In this document: piece after piece, positions 14,510 to 26,842 of the stretch | Layout: every line of letters starts with the position of its first letter | Numbering within the stretch: the stretch's first letter is position 1 | Assembly: GCF_006345805.1 (NCBI RefSeq) | Contig: NC_042999.1 | Span: forward strand, 248,001-312,000 | Source: Octopus sinensis | Taxonomy: Eukaryota | Reading direction: 5' to 3' | DNA: 64,000 bases | Notes under the pieces: model-generated | The model's input: only the letters and a program-made list of their open reading frames with translations | Databases searched by the model: none | What the model was told of the DNA's origin: nothing | Position numbers and translations under genes: made by a program

Positions 14510-14574
14510 ACATATATATATATATATATATGTTTGTGTGTATGTATATACACACACACACGTATATGTGCATA

Positions 14575-14725
14575 TGCGTGGCTGTGTGGTAAGAGGCTTG
14601 CTTCCCAACCACTTGTTTCCAGGTTCAGTCCGACTGCGTGGCACCTTGGGCAAGTATCTTCTATTATAGCCCTGGCCTACCAAAGCCTTGTGAGTGGATT
14701 TGGTAGACGGAAACTGAAACAATCC
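14575..14725 (+). mobile_element. SINE family A, 5' half
   Basis: Head and core only. Confidence 0.8.
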
Positions 14726-14744
14726 ATTCATATATACGTATACC

Positions 14745-14991
14745 CTTTTATTTGTTTCAGTCATTTGACTGCGGCCATGCTGGAGTACCAATTTGAAGGA
14801 ATTTAGTCGAACAAATCGATCTCAGGACTTATATTTTCAAGCCTAGTACCTATTCGATCAGTCTCTTTTGCCAAATCGCTAGCTTACGGGGATATAAACA
14901 CATCAACACCGTTTGTCAAGCGGTAATACAGGATAAACAAAGACACACAGACATACATACACACACATACATACACACACACACACACACA

Positions 14992-15030
<39 letters not shown>

Positions 15031-15034
15031 ATAT

Positions 15035-15068
<34 letters not shown>

Positions 15069-15205
15069 CGACGGGCTTCTTTCAGTTTCCATCTACCAAA
15101 TCCACTCACAGGTCTTTGGTAGGCCCGGGGCTATAATAGAAGACACCAGCTTAAAGTGCCACGCTGTGGGACTGAACTCAGAATCACACAGCCACGCTTG
15201 CGCCT
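14745..15205 (-). mobile_element. SINE family A
   Basis: Reverse-complement match to the family. Confidence 0.88.
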
Positions 15206-15427
15206 CTATATTAATATACTCCGTACTGACAAAAAATTTTACATAATAAGATCTCGGATGTCATTATTCCTTGTAGACATAAATATTTATCAACTTTTAA
15301 ATCATCTTCTAAAAATAATTAGCTTATATGATTTTAACCTGTTTACCCTTTGTGTGCTTGAATACATCTTAAAACACTGTTATCTACAGCTTCATAATCT
15401 ATTTTAACATGTAAATTTAGCTCATTA

Positions 15428-15996
15428 TATTGGGCTGTCCAGAAAGTTCGTGCCGATTTTAAAGGAAAGAAAACGGTCAATAAATACTTACCATTACATT
15501 TTTAATCAACCAAATACAAACCATTTTCTTGCACAATGCGTCTCCATCGTTCCTTTAACTTGAAAATACTCTCTTCCCAGAATTGAGGTGGTTTCATGGC
15601 AAAGAATTCATCAAGGTATCTTTTTACGTCGTCCAAGGAATTGTAATTTTTACCATTAAAACTATTCTGCAGAGACCTGAAGAAGTAGAAATCCGAAGGA
15701 GCAATATCTGGTGAATATGGAGGGCAGGGTAACACATCCCAGCCGAGCTGCAGCAACTTTTGTCTGGTGCCCAAAGCATCAAGTGCCGAAAATGAAATTT
15801 TTTATCTTCCATTTTAAAGGGTTACAGAATTAACACAGGTTATAGGAACATAAACCTTCTTCCTCAAAAAGATAGCTTAAACTGTGCTCTAAATGGAGGT
15901 GTAGTCAAATCCCATTTTATGGACTCAACCATGTTCTATAATAAGTCGAAAGGTAAGCTGCTATAAATCGGCACGAACTCTCCGGACAACCTAATA
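15428..15996 (-). mobile_element. Internally deleted mariner transposon with both TIRs
   Basis: TIRs tattgggctgtccagaaagttcgtgccgattt and aaatcggcacgaactctccggacaacctaata with TA flanks. N-terminus MEDKKFHFRHLML is joined to C-terminus PYSPDIAPSDFYFFRSLQN. Confidence 0.93.
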
Positions 15997-16302
15997 TAAT
16001 CGCTTTAACAGTATGTACCGACACAGCTTCCGAATGGTTGCTTAAAACTTCAAATTTAAATAACTCTTTTATAAATTCTTTTAGATTAGCTCTCATGAGA
16101 GAAATGTAGATGATTGTTATGTTTAGAATTAGCTCAAACATACCAACCTATATTTTCTCGAAACGGCCGTCGGACATTGTACCTGCTGAAGAGTCTTTTA
16201 AAATCATTTTATACCAACATTCTCATCTATTTGGATTACCGCTATACATTCACCATGTACATATTTTAATATCCTCATTAATTTTAAGACTTTTACGTTT
16301 TA

Positions 16303-16346
<44 letters not shown>

Positions 16347-16997
16347 TACGTATGTATGTATGTATAGATATTACATGAATGTACGTATGTATAGCAACAG
16401 AAAGAGAGAGAGAAAAGGATAGAGGGAAAATAGTTACAATGATGATTAATTTCTATTAAAAGAAAATAATAATGTAGATGCTAGCAAATTTAGCACAGCT
16501 AGTCTAAAATATTTAACTAATTAAAACTCAACACCTTATTTCCTCAATACACACCTACCATACGGCCTTTTTCTTCTCGACACATACATCTCTCAGCGGT
16601 AATATTTAGCCCCACTTCAACGTGAATATTCTTTTAGAACAAGCTCTACAATTCTAGCGCAGTTTTACTGCTATCTCCAGGAGGGGAGTGACCGTCATTG
16701 ACGAGCCCAAGGAGGTTCAATATCACATGATCTTGAGATTTCGGTGCCGAAGATGGCAGGAGTTTCTCTCCCCACTAGCGATATAAATAAGAGTACATTT
16801 GCGCCAAAAGCCATTATGTGAGTATCTCTCATGGTATCTACCGCAGTATAGTTTGTTCTAACAGAACATCTATGTTGAAAGGGAGATAAATATTACTTTT
16901 CAGCATTAATATAGCCGCTGTCGCTAATCTATATGTATTAATCTCTTAATCCCTAATTTCCACGAATCTTAGCGGTAAAGGTTAAGTTCTATCTTCC

Positions 16998-17666
16998 ATG
17001 CTGTCGCGTGTGGGACGAGTCGATTTATCAGCCGAGTCTATTGTCAATATCGTCACGCCTCCTTCCTTCAAACGGGAAGGAAGAACTATTTCTATCATAC
17101 TTGTGGCTATGGCGAAAGAATGTATCTGGTGGATGCGTCTGAAAGGATTACAGACAAACACTTTCTTCTCTGGTCAATCTCTCATCAGCTTTTTCAAGTA
17201 TCACTTGAAAAGGAAAGTGAGAGCAGAGATGCAAGTTTTGTCTAGCGAATGTTTCAAAAAAAGATGGGCGAATGTAGCAAGGATGGCACGTATGATTGAC
17301 GAAGCCACCTTGAGCATAATCCTATGAACCCGGAAAAATTTAAAACAGAGAGTTACTTACTTGCAAATAAGTATGTTTACATGTAGCATTATTGACCGAG
17401 GTTACCGTGGTCTTTTCCGTAGGCTTTTCTTTCCACGGATAAACTTTATCTGTTTCCCCCTTTACACTTTACATCATGACACTTCTGCGATACATGATCC
17501 CTATTGATCGTTTTTTTTCTTTCTTTTTTACGATCTCTTTTAATCGAAAGCATACCCCACTTTTTGTTTTTATTTTTTATCTTTTAATTTTTTCTCCCCC
17601 AAAAGAAAAGCTCTACTTTGTAATCTGTCCCCTCTGTGTTCAGCCTTGTGTGGCTAATAAAGAAAC
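16998..17666 (+). mobile_element. 5'-truncated Tx1/L1-like LINE 3' end (ORF2 C-terminus plus 3'UTR)
   Basis: ORF 16998-17327 (ILVAMAKECIWWMRLK...FFKYHLKRKVRAE...FKKRW) has the pattern of Tx1/L1 ORF2 C-termini. T-rich UTR ends aataaagaaa. Possible TSD atcttcca. Confidence 0.72.
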
Positions 17667-18164
17667 ATCTTCCAACGTCAGCTCAGAATTTTTTTCACTC
17701 TTATTCATCTCTTTCATTCATGTATCAGCAATAATGATAAAATATTCTCCCTTACCACACGCGTTCTGAATACAGATGCACCCTCTGTTGCTCTCCTAAC
17801 TATATGAGTCTCATCGGGTCAACGACCAAGTTTTCTCTTGCATTGAGAACATATTTACATCATTTCCAATCAAAGTCGAAGTTCTCGTGGATATTAACAT
17901 TCAGAACCACCAACGCCATTGGTGCGGAAACCGAATCTTTCTTAATACACAACTCTCTTCGTCAACTATATATCTCTTTATACAATAAGGAGTTACTCGT
18001 TGCCATATCTAATAATCAACAATATTCTAAACACTTAACAACACACGCATTATCCATTCAGACCAGCAATTTGGAAGGAGAAAGCATTTGATTAGGTCAA
18101 CACGAGACCGACATCATCACAACTCCCGATGAAGATATATATACATATATACATCTAATTTTTT

Positions 18165-18285
18165 CCTCTCACACCGTCTCCGATGAAGGGATATTATTAA
18201 TTAATATCCTAGGAACAGCTGTAAGATCTTCTGCCTATAAATGCTCTAACATCTATATAGCCTTGGTTTTTTTTTATCGTATAAC
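18165..18285 (+). ncRNA. Repeat module with hammerhead-like fold (CCGAUGA core), degenerate
   Basis: gtct-CCGATGA-stem II ggatatta/taatatcc-GGAA-cagctg-TA-agat; homologue at 34340. Confidence 0.65.
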
Positions 18286-18430
18286 GCAAAAATTCTTATA
18301 TACATCTATATATACATTATAAATATACATACATAGATACACACACACACATACACTCACATATACGTACCATAAACATACGAGTGAGTGGACAAATGAA
18401 ACAGGGCAATCAACAGATTTAATGGGGGTT

Positions 18431-18607
18431 ACATATGGGTCAAAAAAAGTTTGATTCAAATTCGTTGGTAATGTCGAGTTTCAAGTGCGATGCTACTTGT
18501 CAGCCATTTTGCATTTGAATTCAAATTCAAAATGACTGACGACTGGCATAACGCTTGAAACTGAAGAGTACTGACAAATTTGAATCAAACTGTTTTGAGG
18601 CATATGT
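18431..18607. mobile_element. Imperfect palindromic (fold-back/MITE-like) element
   Basis: Outer arms acatatgggtcaaaaaaagtttgattcaaatt / aatttgaatcaaactgttttgaggcatatgt; inner arms ttcaagtg..tcagccattttg / caaaatgactga..cgcttgaa. Confidence 0.65.
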
Positions 18608-18637
18608 GTGTTTGAGTATGTGTGTGTTTACATATCC

Positions 18638-18662
18638 CTCTCTCTTTCTCTCTCTCTCTCTC

Positions 18663-18747
<85 letters not shown>

Positions 18748-19150
18748 CCTACCTACCTACCTACCTATCTCTCTATCTATCTATCTGTCTGAATATGTAT
18801 GTATGTATGTATGTATCTGCCTGTCTCTTTCTATTTATCTATCTGTCAATCTATCTATCAGTTTAATTTTATATTTGCAAATTATAAGATTATAATTACA
18901 AATGCAAACACACTTTAAAAGAAAATTGCCAATTCGAAAATACGTTCCATACGTGTGTGTATACATACATACATATATGTATGTATGTATGTATATGTAT
19001 AAATATATGTATGTATGTACATGTATAAATATATGTATGTACATGTATAAATATATGTATGTATATATATATATATACATGTATATACACACACACACAT
19101 ATATATATACGCAGTTGTATATGCGTGTGTGAGCGTGTGTGTGTGTATAC
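18638..19150. repeat. (CT)n/(ATCT)n/(ATGT)n microsatellites
   Basis: Seen directly. Confidence 0.9.
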
Positions 19151-19393
19151 AGTGATATATGTAATAAATTTTTTTATTAGAGTTTATATAAAATGACATG
19201 TTCGTCAAAATTCAATTATAGATAACATTCTCGTCTCTTTGGAAGATAACAAATAAACAAGTGAAGATAGACATATACCGAAACATTCACAGACGCATCT
19301 AACATTGTCTGTATATTCATATGTATGTATTTATTTATATACACACACAAACACGCGCACTCTTAAAAGATATAGCCATATATGTATATATAA

Positions 19394-19458
<65 letters not shown>

Positions 19459-19707
19459 AACAAACATACAGATATATAGATACACACGCACATATATATT
19501 TGTACATTTATGTATTTGTATGTACACATATATGTATATATTGGTGCATTTGTGCACATGTGATTATATCTTAAAAAATAAAGAAAGGAGGTTACATTCG
19601 CAAGGCACCGTTCAAATATATTTGCCATGCCACTTCGGATACATCCATAAGCATAAAGAATACACGAGTGTTGAGGTGTATGAATGTCGGTGTTCAAACG
19701 CTGTTCA

Positions 19708-20253
19708 GCGGCGAGCTGGCAGAAACGTTAGCACGCCGGGCGAAATGCTTAGCGGTATTTCGTCTGTCGTAAGGTGGCGAGCTGGCAGAAACGTTAGCAC
19801 GCCGGGCGAAATGCTTAGCGGTATTTCGTCTGTCGTAAGGTGGCGAGCTGGTAGAATCGTTAGCACGCCGGGCGAAATGCTTAGCGGTATTTCGGCTGCC
19901 GTTACGTTGTGAGTTCAAATTCCGCCGAGGTCGACTTTGCCTTTCATCCTTTCGGGGTCGATAAATTAAGTACCAGTTAAGCACTGGGGTCGATATAATC
20001 GACTTAATACCTATGTCTGTCCATGTTTGTCCCCTCTATGTTTAGCCCCTTGTGGGTAATAAAGAAATAGGTATTTCGTCTGTCGTTACGTTGTGAGTTC
20101 AAATTCCGCCGAGGTCGACTTTGCCTTTCATCCTTTCGGGGTCGATAAATTAAGTACCAGTTAGGGACTGGGATCGATGTAATCGACTTAATACCTATGT
20201 CTGTCCTTGTTTGTCCCCTCTATGTTTAGCCCCTTGTGGATAATAAAGAAATA
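19708..20253 (+). mobile_element. SINE family B compound (3 heads, 2 bodies); Meta-domain-like core, Tx1-like tail
   Basis: Core gtcgactttgcctttcatcctttcggggtcgataaattaagtacc; flanking duplication ggtgttcaaac. Confidence 0.9.
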
Positions 20254-20350
20254 GGTGTTCAAACTGAATCTATAAGGATTATCCTTATCAATATTTACAC
20301 GTCATACTAGTATGCTATTCCAATTAATATACATACATACATACATACAT

Positions 20351-20548
20351 TTGGGATAGAGAAGAGAAACTGTGTACAATTGAGGAAATTATCTGCCCAG
20401 CCGATGTTAACATAAAGCTGAAGATCTGTGAAAAAGGGAACACCTATGCTGAACTACTGAGAAATCTGCAGTTATTCGATCCATATTATAAATTCGGGTT
20501 TAGACCTGTAATTATTGGGGCCCTGAGTTATGTAACACACTCCCTAAA
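20351..20548 (+). mobile_element. R4/Dong-like LINE, restriction-like endonuclease fragment
   Basis: WDREEKLCTIEEIICPADVNIKLKICEKGNTYAELLRNLQL...PVIIGAL; starts in (CATA)n; cut by the mariner element. Confidence 0.8.
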
Positions 20549-21045
20549 TACGAGGGTGAGTCAAAAAGTAATACTATTTTGTTTAGGACAGGTATAATTA
20601 CCAACATAGGAACATGTATCATACATCAAAAGGAAGCTGGTCTTCTGTGGCTCACATCTCTACTTCTCAACATAGTCACCGTTTCTCTCAATAGCAATAT
20701 TCCATCGTCTAATGAGAGCATGTATCCCTGCGCCGTTAAATTCTGTTGACTGTTCTATAAGCCACTTCTTCAATAGAGTTTTCACTTCTTCGTCACTGGA
20801 ATAATGTTTGCCTCTCAAACCCTCTGTCATGGGGCCAAAGAGATGATAGTCCAGTGACGATGATAGACTAGTGACGAAGAAGTGGCTCATAGAACAGCCA
20901 ACATAATTTTACGGGGCAGGGATACATGCTCTCATTCGAAGGTGGAACATTGCTATTGCGAGAAACAGTGACTATGTTGAGAAGGAGGGATGTGATCCAC
21001 AGAGGACTAGCTTCCTTTTGATGTATGATACATGTTCCTGTGTTC
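20549..21045. mobile_element. Mariner-derived fold-back element made of two inverted transposase 3' ends
   Basis: TA-cgagggtgagtcaaaaagtaa terminus; LDYHLFGPM..LRGKHY..RRWNIAIERNGDYVEK on minus; 20905-21045 is an inverted copy of 20605-20745. Confidence 0.85.
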
Positions 21046-21372
21046 TTCGACTATAGCCAGGGGCCGACCAAAGCCTTGTGCGTGGATTTCGTAAACAGAA
21101 ACTGAAAGAAGCCTGTAGTATATATGTATATATGTGTGCGTGCATGTGTATGCGTGTGTATGTGTATTTGTGTGTCTGTGTCTGTCCCTCCACTTTCGCT
21201 TGACAACCAATGTTGGAAGTGTTTACACCACTGTAAACTAGCGGTTCGGCAAAAGAGACCGATGTAATAAGTACTAGGCTTACAAAGAATAAGTCCTCGA
21301 GCGGATTTCTTCGACTAAAGACGTTGCTCCAGCATGGCCGCATTCAAATGAATGAAACAAAAAGTAAAAGAG
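21046..21372 (+). mobile_element. SINE family A, 5'-truncated
   Basis: Family match. Confidence 0.85.
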
Positions 21373-21749
21373 CACACACACACTCATACATCTATATGTA
21401 TATGTATATATGTATGTATATATTCATACATACACATATATACATATGCATGTGTCGAAGTTAAATTTAAAAATTTCAAATTTACCTGTTAGGTAAGTCT
21501 CCAGCAGTAGGCTCATAAGGCACGTTCACTGCCTATGACTACCTGTCGTCATCCACGGTCATTGTGCAGTCGTCACTGGATCTGCCGCAGGGATTCCACT
21601 GTGTACGTTGAGTATAACACAAAGGATAGGGACAGAAAATTGAACATAATGTATGTGTGTAAATTGAACATAATATATGCGTATGTGTATATACACACTA
21701 ACTTACGTACATATATACATACATGAATATTGACCTGATATAATGAATT

Positions 21750-22140
21750 GGGGGAAACTATGCACAGTTTTGGAAATCAGCTGCCCATGGGATGTTAATA
21801 TAAAGCTGAAGATCAGCGATAAAGAGAATACCTATGCAAAACTATTGAGAAATCTGCAGTTACTCTATTCAGATTACAAGTTCAGGTTTATATGTGTAAT
21901 TATTGGTGCACCTGGATATGTAACACACTGCCTAAATACCAATCGTGAGAAATCAAGCTTCTCAAAACCAGAAGGAGAAAGCTAATTCGAAGACTACAGA
22001 TCCAATCCATCACTGAAACTGTAAAAATCTGTAAAACTTTTCAGAAGTTTAGCATTTAAATATATATGAGCATATTTAGACATCCAACTATATTCATGAG
22101 AATACATACATAAAGCAAAACATACAAATCTGCACACATA
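21750..22140 (+). mobile_element. R4/Dong-like LINE 3' end (endonuclease C-terminus plus UTR)
   Basis: KLCTVLEISCPWDVNIKLKISDKENTYAKLLRNLQLLY...IIGAPGYV; ends in (CATA)n. Confidence 0.82.
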
Positions 22141-22255
22141 CATACATACATACACACATACACACACACATACACACACATACATACACATACACACATA
22201 CATACATACATACATACATACATACATACATACATACATACATACATACATACAT

Positions 22256-22545
22256 AGCAATCTTGAGAAATTTAGGTTTCTCAAAACCAGAAAGGAGAAA
22301 GCTAATTCCAATACTGGAACTGTAAAAGTCTGTAAAACTTTCCAGAAGTTTATCATTTAAGTGTATATGAGCATGTCTCGATGTGTAAGTACATGCATGA
22401 GAATACATACATAAAATAAAACATACAAATCTACTCATGTACATACATACAAAAGTACTCTGTGATGTTGAAATTCCAATGAAGGGGCCTTGGATCCAGG
22501 TTATAAACCGGCCCTTCCTATATTGGCATCTTGAAATAAAACTGA
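22256..22545 (+). mobile_element. Second, shorter 3' end of the same R4/Dong-like family
   Basis: Repeats 21940-22140 and continues into UTR ending gaaataaaa. Confidence 0.78.
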
Positions 22546-22562
22546 CTGACTGACTGACTGAC

Positions 22563-22626
<64 letters not shown>

Positions 22627-23728
22627 ATAGTTGAGTCGTTGGTTTTGATTATGACCAAGAACTTCATCTAGGAGAGAATTGGGTACCATATGTCCGGCTA
22701 TGGCCGAACAATCTGATGCGTGCTCGGAAGGCTCTGCCAAAGGTCAGGCAGTGGTGTTCTGCTGAGACTAAAAGGGAGGATGTGTCTCTGGACTTGCTTA
22801 GTTCACATTTCCTTTGTGCCTCTGAAATCCTGCTCTTTTCGTAAAGGGTGACACTTCTGTAGGTGCCGCTTCACCAGGCGGGGCATTCTTGCATACATTT
22901 ATACACAGATATACTCAACATTTATACACACAGATGTGTGTATCTGTGGGTGTCTGCGAATCAGGGTGTGTGTGTGTGTGCGTGTGTGTGAGCGCTTGTC
23001 CTCTTTCAGTTTGATTCCTTCTTTTTCTTTCTACTCTTTTCATATGTTCTCTCACTCCCTTACTTTCTCCTTCCTACTTCTTCCTTATTCTCTCTCTCTC
23101 TCTCTCTTTCTGTAACTGCCTCTCGCTCTCCCTCATGCTTGCTCTCCACTCGTTCTCCCTTATCAGTTCTCATTAATAATCCTCTCTCACTGAATTAAAC
23201 ATCGAAGTAATCAATTAAACATTTCTCCTCGTTTAATCTTTGTCATTAAAATTCTTTTTTTTCCCTTTTTTTTTGTGGATTTTTATCTTTATTTTATTTT
23301 ATTTCAGTTTAGCAGCCTGAAGCCGTCTTCGATTAATTTGAGCAACATTATCACCAGCTTTCGATATCAGATCGAATATTTGATATTGACGGTGACGAAT
23401 AATGTAATTAACAGAATTATCCGATCTTGCTAAACGCAAGAATCACACATACACATACACACACGACACACACACACACACAGACGTGCACATTCGCACA
23501 ACCATGTATTAGTGCAACTATACATGCGTGTGTATATCCATAGATATGTTTTGAAGATCTTGTGTAACTGCCTTAATTTCAAGGTTTTTAAGTACATATT
23601 ATATAGACATACATGATATATACATAGATACACATACACATATATGTATGTGTTTCTACTTATATGTATATCTATCTAACTGTCTGCTTGTCTATCTCTC
23701 TATCTATCTATATATAAGTCTGTTTGTG

Positions 23729-23775
<47 letters not shown>

Positions 23776-24289
23776 ATATATACATATATATATACATATA
23801 TATATATATATATGTCTGTTTGTGTATCTATCTATATATCTATCTATGTCTATATCTATCTATATACATACAAATATATATATATGTCTGTTTGTGTATT
23901 CCTCTCTATATATCTGTATGTCTGTATATGTGTATACATACATACATGCATGCATGCATGCACACACACACACACACACACACATTGAAACGCCATCTTC
24001 TGTCGTGGATTGTAATTTTCTTCAGTTCCACGAATGCTCGACCAATATGGATTGTACCAAAATAACGTAACTTAATGTAAGATGGGACTGGAAGCTCAAC
24101 ATTTCTTAGATAAAACAGATTACATGATAAACTCGTAAAACAGCGTTCATATTGAGTAATTTTGCGGTGACTCCTTTGAGGAAGTGAACTGTAACTGACT
24201 TTATTATAACAATGATTGTCGTTCAATTTCTCGCATAACCCGTCTGCAACCAAGACCAATTTTGGAATATATATTCTCTTATTCTTTTA

Positions 24290-24684
24290 ATTTTTTATTT
24301 GTTTCATTCATTTGACTGCAGCCATGCTGGAGCACCGCCTTCAGTTGAACAAATCGACCCAGGACTTATTCTTTGTAAGCCTAATATTTATTCTATCAGT
24401 CACTTTGCCGAACTGCTAAGTTACGGGGACTAAGCGCACCAATATCGGTTGGCAAGCGATAGTAGGGGAACAAACACAAACAAACATACATATATAAATG
24501 TATGTATGTATGTATGTATGTATACGACGGGCTTCTTTCAGTTTCCGTCTACCAAAACACTGACAAGGCCTTGGTCAGCCCGAGGCTATAGTAGAAGACA
24601 CTTGCCCAGAATGCCACGCAGTGGGACTGAACCCGGACTATGTGGTTTGTAAGCAAGCTAGTTACCACATAGCCACGCCTGCGT
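24290..24684 (-). mobile_element. SINE family A
   Basis: Family match. Confidence 0.88.
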
Positions 24685-24704
24685 CTCTCTCTCTCATATA
24701 TATA

Positions 24705-24749
<45 letters not shown>

Positions 24750-24834
24750 ATATATATATATTGTTGAAATTTACAGAAAAACAAAAGTCGAAGACAGGTG
24801 TATATGTGTATATCTATCTATCTCTGTATACACA

Positions 24835-24887
<53 letters not shown>

Positions 24888-25013
24888 CACTCTGCACTAT
24901 GCATTCATTTATGCATGAAGAACGGTGTTATGTTGGTGCCATGATCTTTTTCAATAAATGTGACTTCAATTCGTTTATAGTGTGCTATCTATCTATATAT
25001 ATGTACATTTGTT

Positions 25014-25222
25014 AAAATGAATAGAAATAGTTGTTCTAGTAATTTTTCCACCTTCATAATTAGATGTTTACAAAAGGTGACTGTGATCGGAGTTTCTGGC
25101 TTAAGAGCGGTTCTCAAACTGTTTAGAGACTGTTTTTAAGTGTGAAACTCTAGAGTAATATTTTGTAAACATCTAATTATTAAAGTGGAAGAATTATTAG
25201 AAAAGCCAATTCTATTCATTTT
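25014..25222. repeat. About 210-bp imperfect palindrome of two hammerhead 3' halves
   Basis: Arms aaaatgaatagaa..ataattagatgtttacaaaa / ttttgtaaacatctaattat..ttctattcatttt; GAAA-ctctagag-TA on the plus strand. Confidence 0.75.
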
Positions 25223-25282
25223 CTTAAATATATAATACTGTACCAAAGATTATTTATTCCTTATTCTACTATATATATATAT

Positions 25283-25335
<53 letters not shown>

Positions 25336-26249
25336 GAATTAGAAAAAAACACCTTTTATCAATTCAAAATGAAAAATTAAATTCCGCCATCTAGAAAATT
25401 ACATATAATAGAGAAAGAAATATAATATATATATATAAATAATAATATAGATATATATACGCTTATATATGAGTTGTGTGTGTGTCTGTGTCTGTAGTGT
25501 ATGCATGTGTGTATATGTATGTATTTCTATTCGTCACTTATCTATGTTTTCGGGTATTTTTTAATATTAGCAGATTTTAATTAGCAATCTATCTACCTAT
25601 TTGTCTGTCTGTCTTTCTGTCAGGATATTTTCTTTCTCTCTTTCTCTCCTCCTCCTCCTCTCTCTCTCCCCATTCACTCACACACACACACGTGAACACA
25701 AACGCAAATACACCTTGGAGTATCAACAGAAATAAACTTAAAACATCGTCACGTACGCTCAAGCCTATCACATACTTGCTCACACACACGCACACACACA
25801 CACACACACACATACACACACACCCATACACTCACGAAAAACAAAGCATACACACAGTGGTAAACTCTAAACGCAACATAGATTAAAAGCTATGCATACA
25901 CACGAAGACAAATCTTCCACGTTACATGAGATCAAAAAATAATAGATAAAGATTATGCAAGTGTCTTTACTTAGATCGTTCGCACAAAATATCGTCAGTG
26001 CATCAAATATATAATAGCGAAGAGAAGAGAGATCCGAATCGTGACTAAAGACTCATTAAAATGGAAGAAGAAGACACGAAAATAACATTAAACTGAAAAA
26101 TGTAAATGTTGTCACTTAGAATATTACGCATTCTTAAATAAAAAAATTAATAAAGATGTCAGTCTTCCGTCAGTTTCGAAGATGATAATTCCAAGATTTT
26201 AATGAAGCAGTATATTCCGATTTGGAATCATTTAAACGAATGGAATTTA

Positions 26250-26452
26250 CTCATTTACTCTCTTTTACTTGTTTCAGTCATTTGACTGCGGCCATGCTGG
26301 AGCACCGCCTTATTCTTTTTTGTAAGCCCAGTACTTATTCTATCGGTCTTTTTTGCCGAACCGCTAAGTGACGGGGACATAAACACACCAGCATCGGTTG
26401 TCAAGCAATGCTAGAGGGAAAAACACAGACACACAAACACATACATACACAT

Positions 26453-26497
<45 letters not shown>

Positions 26498-26657
26498 CGA
26501 CAGGCTTCTTTCAGTTTCCGTCTACGAAATCCACTCACGAGGCATTGGTCGGCCCGGGGCTATAGCAGAAGACACTTGCCCAAGATGCCACGCAGTGGGA
26601 CTGAACCCGGAACCATGTGGTTGTTTAGCAAGCTACTTACCACATAGCCACTCCTGT
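26250..26657 (-). mobile_element. SINE family A
   Basis: Family match. Confidence 0.9.
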
Positions 26658-26842
26658 TTATTTCGCAAAGGAAACTTACTCGAGGCAAAGTCATTGAGGC
26701 CATTTGTATTCTTCCCAGCCAGAAATTGCAGATCTTAACTGTTTTTAAGTTGAAGTCACTCTGTCATTTCAACTCTCTTTCTCCCTCTCCCTCTCTCTGT
26801 CTCTCTCGATTAGCTCAATATTGCAAAAAATTGGACTTCGGT

